Positions 61,904 through 64,000 of a stretch of 64,000 nucleotides of DNA are shown piece by piece; within the stretch, counting starts at the first letter, position 1, and every line of letters starts with the position of its first letter. The notes under the pieces were generated by a model. It made no database searches. It was given only the letters and a program-made list of their open reading frames with translations, and had not been told where the DNA came from. The DNA lies in the NCBI GenBank assembly GCA_963668625.2, contig CAXXKA010000008.1:448001-512000 (forward strand). The letters run 5' to 3'. A program made the position numbers and the translations under genes. Origin of the DNA: an uncultured candidate division Zixibacteria bacterium (GTDB lineage: Bacteria; Zixibacteria; MSB-5A5; UBA10806; 4484-95).

Positions 61904-63412
61904 TTATTTGCTTGCGGTTTCCATAATAGCTACAGTTCGATTTTGCTTGCCGAAGTATTCATTGGCAACACGCTGGATATCCTCCGCGGTGATAGCATTG
62001 ATTCTATCGATGTTGGCGAACATCTCATGCCAGTTTCCACCAACAGTCTGATAGATAGCCAGTTGCATGGCCATTCCCATGTTGCTATCCAATCCGAATA
62101 TGAAATTGGCCCTGGCCCTTGATTTGATCTTTTCGACCTCTTCGGCCGGTAAAGGTTCGCTCTTGATTTTTTCTAACTCGGCCCAGATATCAGCCTCGAT
62201 ATCGGCGACATCGCTGCCCGGCGTCGGTATGGCGTAAACCAGGAAGAACGTGGGGTATTTCGAGGCCGGATAGCCTACATACACGCCAACCTGAGCGGCT
62301 GTTTTCTTCTCTTTAACGAGCTTTTTGTACAGAAGAGAGGTACGTCCCTGGCCGAGGTGATCCGCCAATGCCTCGATTATGGGGAAATCAGGATGCGTAG
62401 CGGCAGGGATATGGAATCCGGCGGTGAATAACGGTTGTGATGGATCCTCCAATAAAATCCTACGCTCGGCTTTTTGCTCAGGTTCGATAATCGTCACCTG
62501 TTCGGGTTTCGGGCTGTGAGGAATATCACCCCAATACTTCTCAGCCATCTTGAAAATATCTTTAGATTTAACATCTCCTACGATACAAACAACCAAATTT
62601 TCTGGTACATAGTATTCTTTATAATATTCCATCGCTTTTTCGCGAGTGTAATTTCTGATATCGCTTTCATGTCCTATAATCGAGATGCCGTAGGGATGGG
62701 CTTTAAACGCCGCCGCCAGCAATTCCTCGAGTGTGCGTCCAAACGGGCTGGATTCGAGTACTTGATGACGCTCCTCCATGATAACATCCCGCTCCTTGTA
62801 CATCTCGCGAAGAACCGGGTTTTTAAAACGATCCGATTCCATTCTCATCCATAACTCGGTTTTATTCGAGGGATAGCTCATCATGTAAACCGTGAAATCT
62901 TTCGAGGTGCCGGCGTTAACGCCCACGCCACCCTCGCGCTCGACTATCTGTGAAAATTCGTTGGGTACCACCAGTTTGAAAGAGGCTTCGCGAGCATCAT
63001 CATAAGCTTTTTCCAAAACGGCGAGTTTAGCCTCATCGGCGGCATCACCTTTCAGTCGTTCGCTTCTGAGCTCCATGTAGATAGAGTCCTCGACCGCGAT
63101 GAGTTTCATCTCTTGCTCGATATCCTCGGTGCCGATAGTGCGGGTACCTTTAAACGCCATGTGTTCGAACATGTGCGCCAGCCCGCTATAACCCTTGGGA
63201 TCATCACAGCCGCCCACATTAGCGAGTGTCACGAACGAGGCCACGGGCGCGTCGTGACGTTCCAGTACGATGATTTTCAGACCGTTATCCAGAGTCTTCT
63301 CTTTTACTTCCTTTTCAATCCTGGTAAAATCGAAACCGAAAGCGAGACCGGTGAAAGCCACAAAAAATATCATGGCTGCTGCAAGTGACCGTTGACTGGT
63401 TTTCTTCATCAA
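61904..63412 (-). CDS. M16 zinc peptidase catalytic subunit
   Basis: GLAHMFEHMAFKG, NAGT, ER.VI.EE, HPYG. Confidence 0.92.
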   Translation of the reverse strand: MMKKTSQRSLAAAMIFFVAFTGLAFGFDFTRIEKEVKEKTLDNGLKIIVLERHDAPVASFVTLANVGGCDDPKGYSGLAHMFEHMAFKGTRTIGTEDIEQEMKLIAVEDSIYMELRSERLKGDAADEAKLAVLEKAYDDAREASFKLVVPNEFSQIVEREGGVGVNAGTSKDFTVYMMSYPSNKTELWMRMESDRFKNPVLREMYKERDVIMEERHQVLESSPFGRTLEELLAAAFKAHPYGISIIGHESDIRNYTREKAMEYYKEYYVPENLVVCIVGDVKSKDIFKMAEKYWGDIPHSPKPEQVTIIEPEQKAERRILLEDPSQPLFTAGFHIPAATHPDFPIIEALADHLGQGRTSLLYKKLVKEKKTAAQVGVYVGYPASKYPTFFLVYAIPTPGSDVADIEADIWAELEKIKSEPLPAEEVEKIKSRARANFIFGLDSNMGMAMQLAIYQTVGGNWHEMFANIDRINAITAEDIQRVANEYFGKQNRTVAIMETASK

Positions 63413-64000
63413 TTCCTCCTTAAATGATTTGGCTTTGATATATTAACGTAAAAATATGCAAAAAGTATTCAAATTACTAAACAAAAAGATAAACAAAATG
63501 TGGGAAAGTCACGTATATGGAAGTTTGCTTTAGCCGAACGAATAACATTCAATAATAAGACGGTAAGTAATGTTGGTTTGCTTTTCGATAATTAAGGTTA
63601 TCTTTCTCTTTAATCAGAGGGGATCGCTTATTTGTTAGCTCGCAACCGCTTATTATAGCTACCATTGCGAGCGCCTGAAAGGAGTGCGGCAATTCTGTCA
63701 ACTTATGGCACAGCCTGATTATTTCTGCCTGCTCGGTACCGGTAGTGTTTAAGCGGGGAAGAATGAATTAAGAATTTTGTTGTCCGGCGATACCCACAAT
63801 AAGCTTTTCAATAATCCCGATTATTCACGATGATCCTGAATTATGGTGAGACTTTTAGTATAATACTCGCAATACCGGTTATTCCAAACCGGGCAAGCCC
63901 CGGAATTCAACGGATAAGGTATGAGAGTTACCGCTATTGCGAATATCTATTCTCATTTCGATTATTTCAGCAATACCATCCTCTTACTCTCGGAATAATC

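Overview
Bacterial chromosomal window, probably from an FCB-related lineage such as Zixibacteria (inferred from the many secreted proteins ending in an NYPNPFN...GVYFY...KxMxLLK tail and from an archaeal-type gatD). The left part is the origin-region block rpmH-rnpA-yidD-yidC-[insert]-mnmE-mnmG-rsmG-parA-parB. It has two perfect parS sites and two DnaA-box clusters, but no dnaA. The insert at the usual jag/khpB position carries a membrane-anchored P-loop NTPase with eight near-identical 102-bp TPR repeats and a transglutaminase-like gene between ~100-bp direct repeats. The most striking locus is a 9.3-kb minus-strand array (26819-36093). A gingipain(C25)-like head gene is followed by five intact and one truncated secreted-protein genes. 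These are built from shared, shuffled modules (signal peptide, optional module A, mosaic module B, sorting tail), and each is separated by a conserved 56-58-bp spacer with a GTAG-REP-like hairpin and RBS. It looks like a recombination-diversified cassette array of secreted proteins. The rest is mixed metabolic, secreted and transport genes, with several MITE/REP-like dispersed repeats. All annotations are from reading the sequence; no searches were run.
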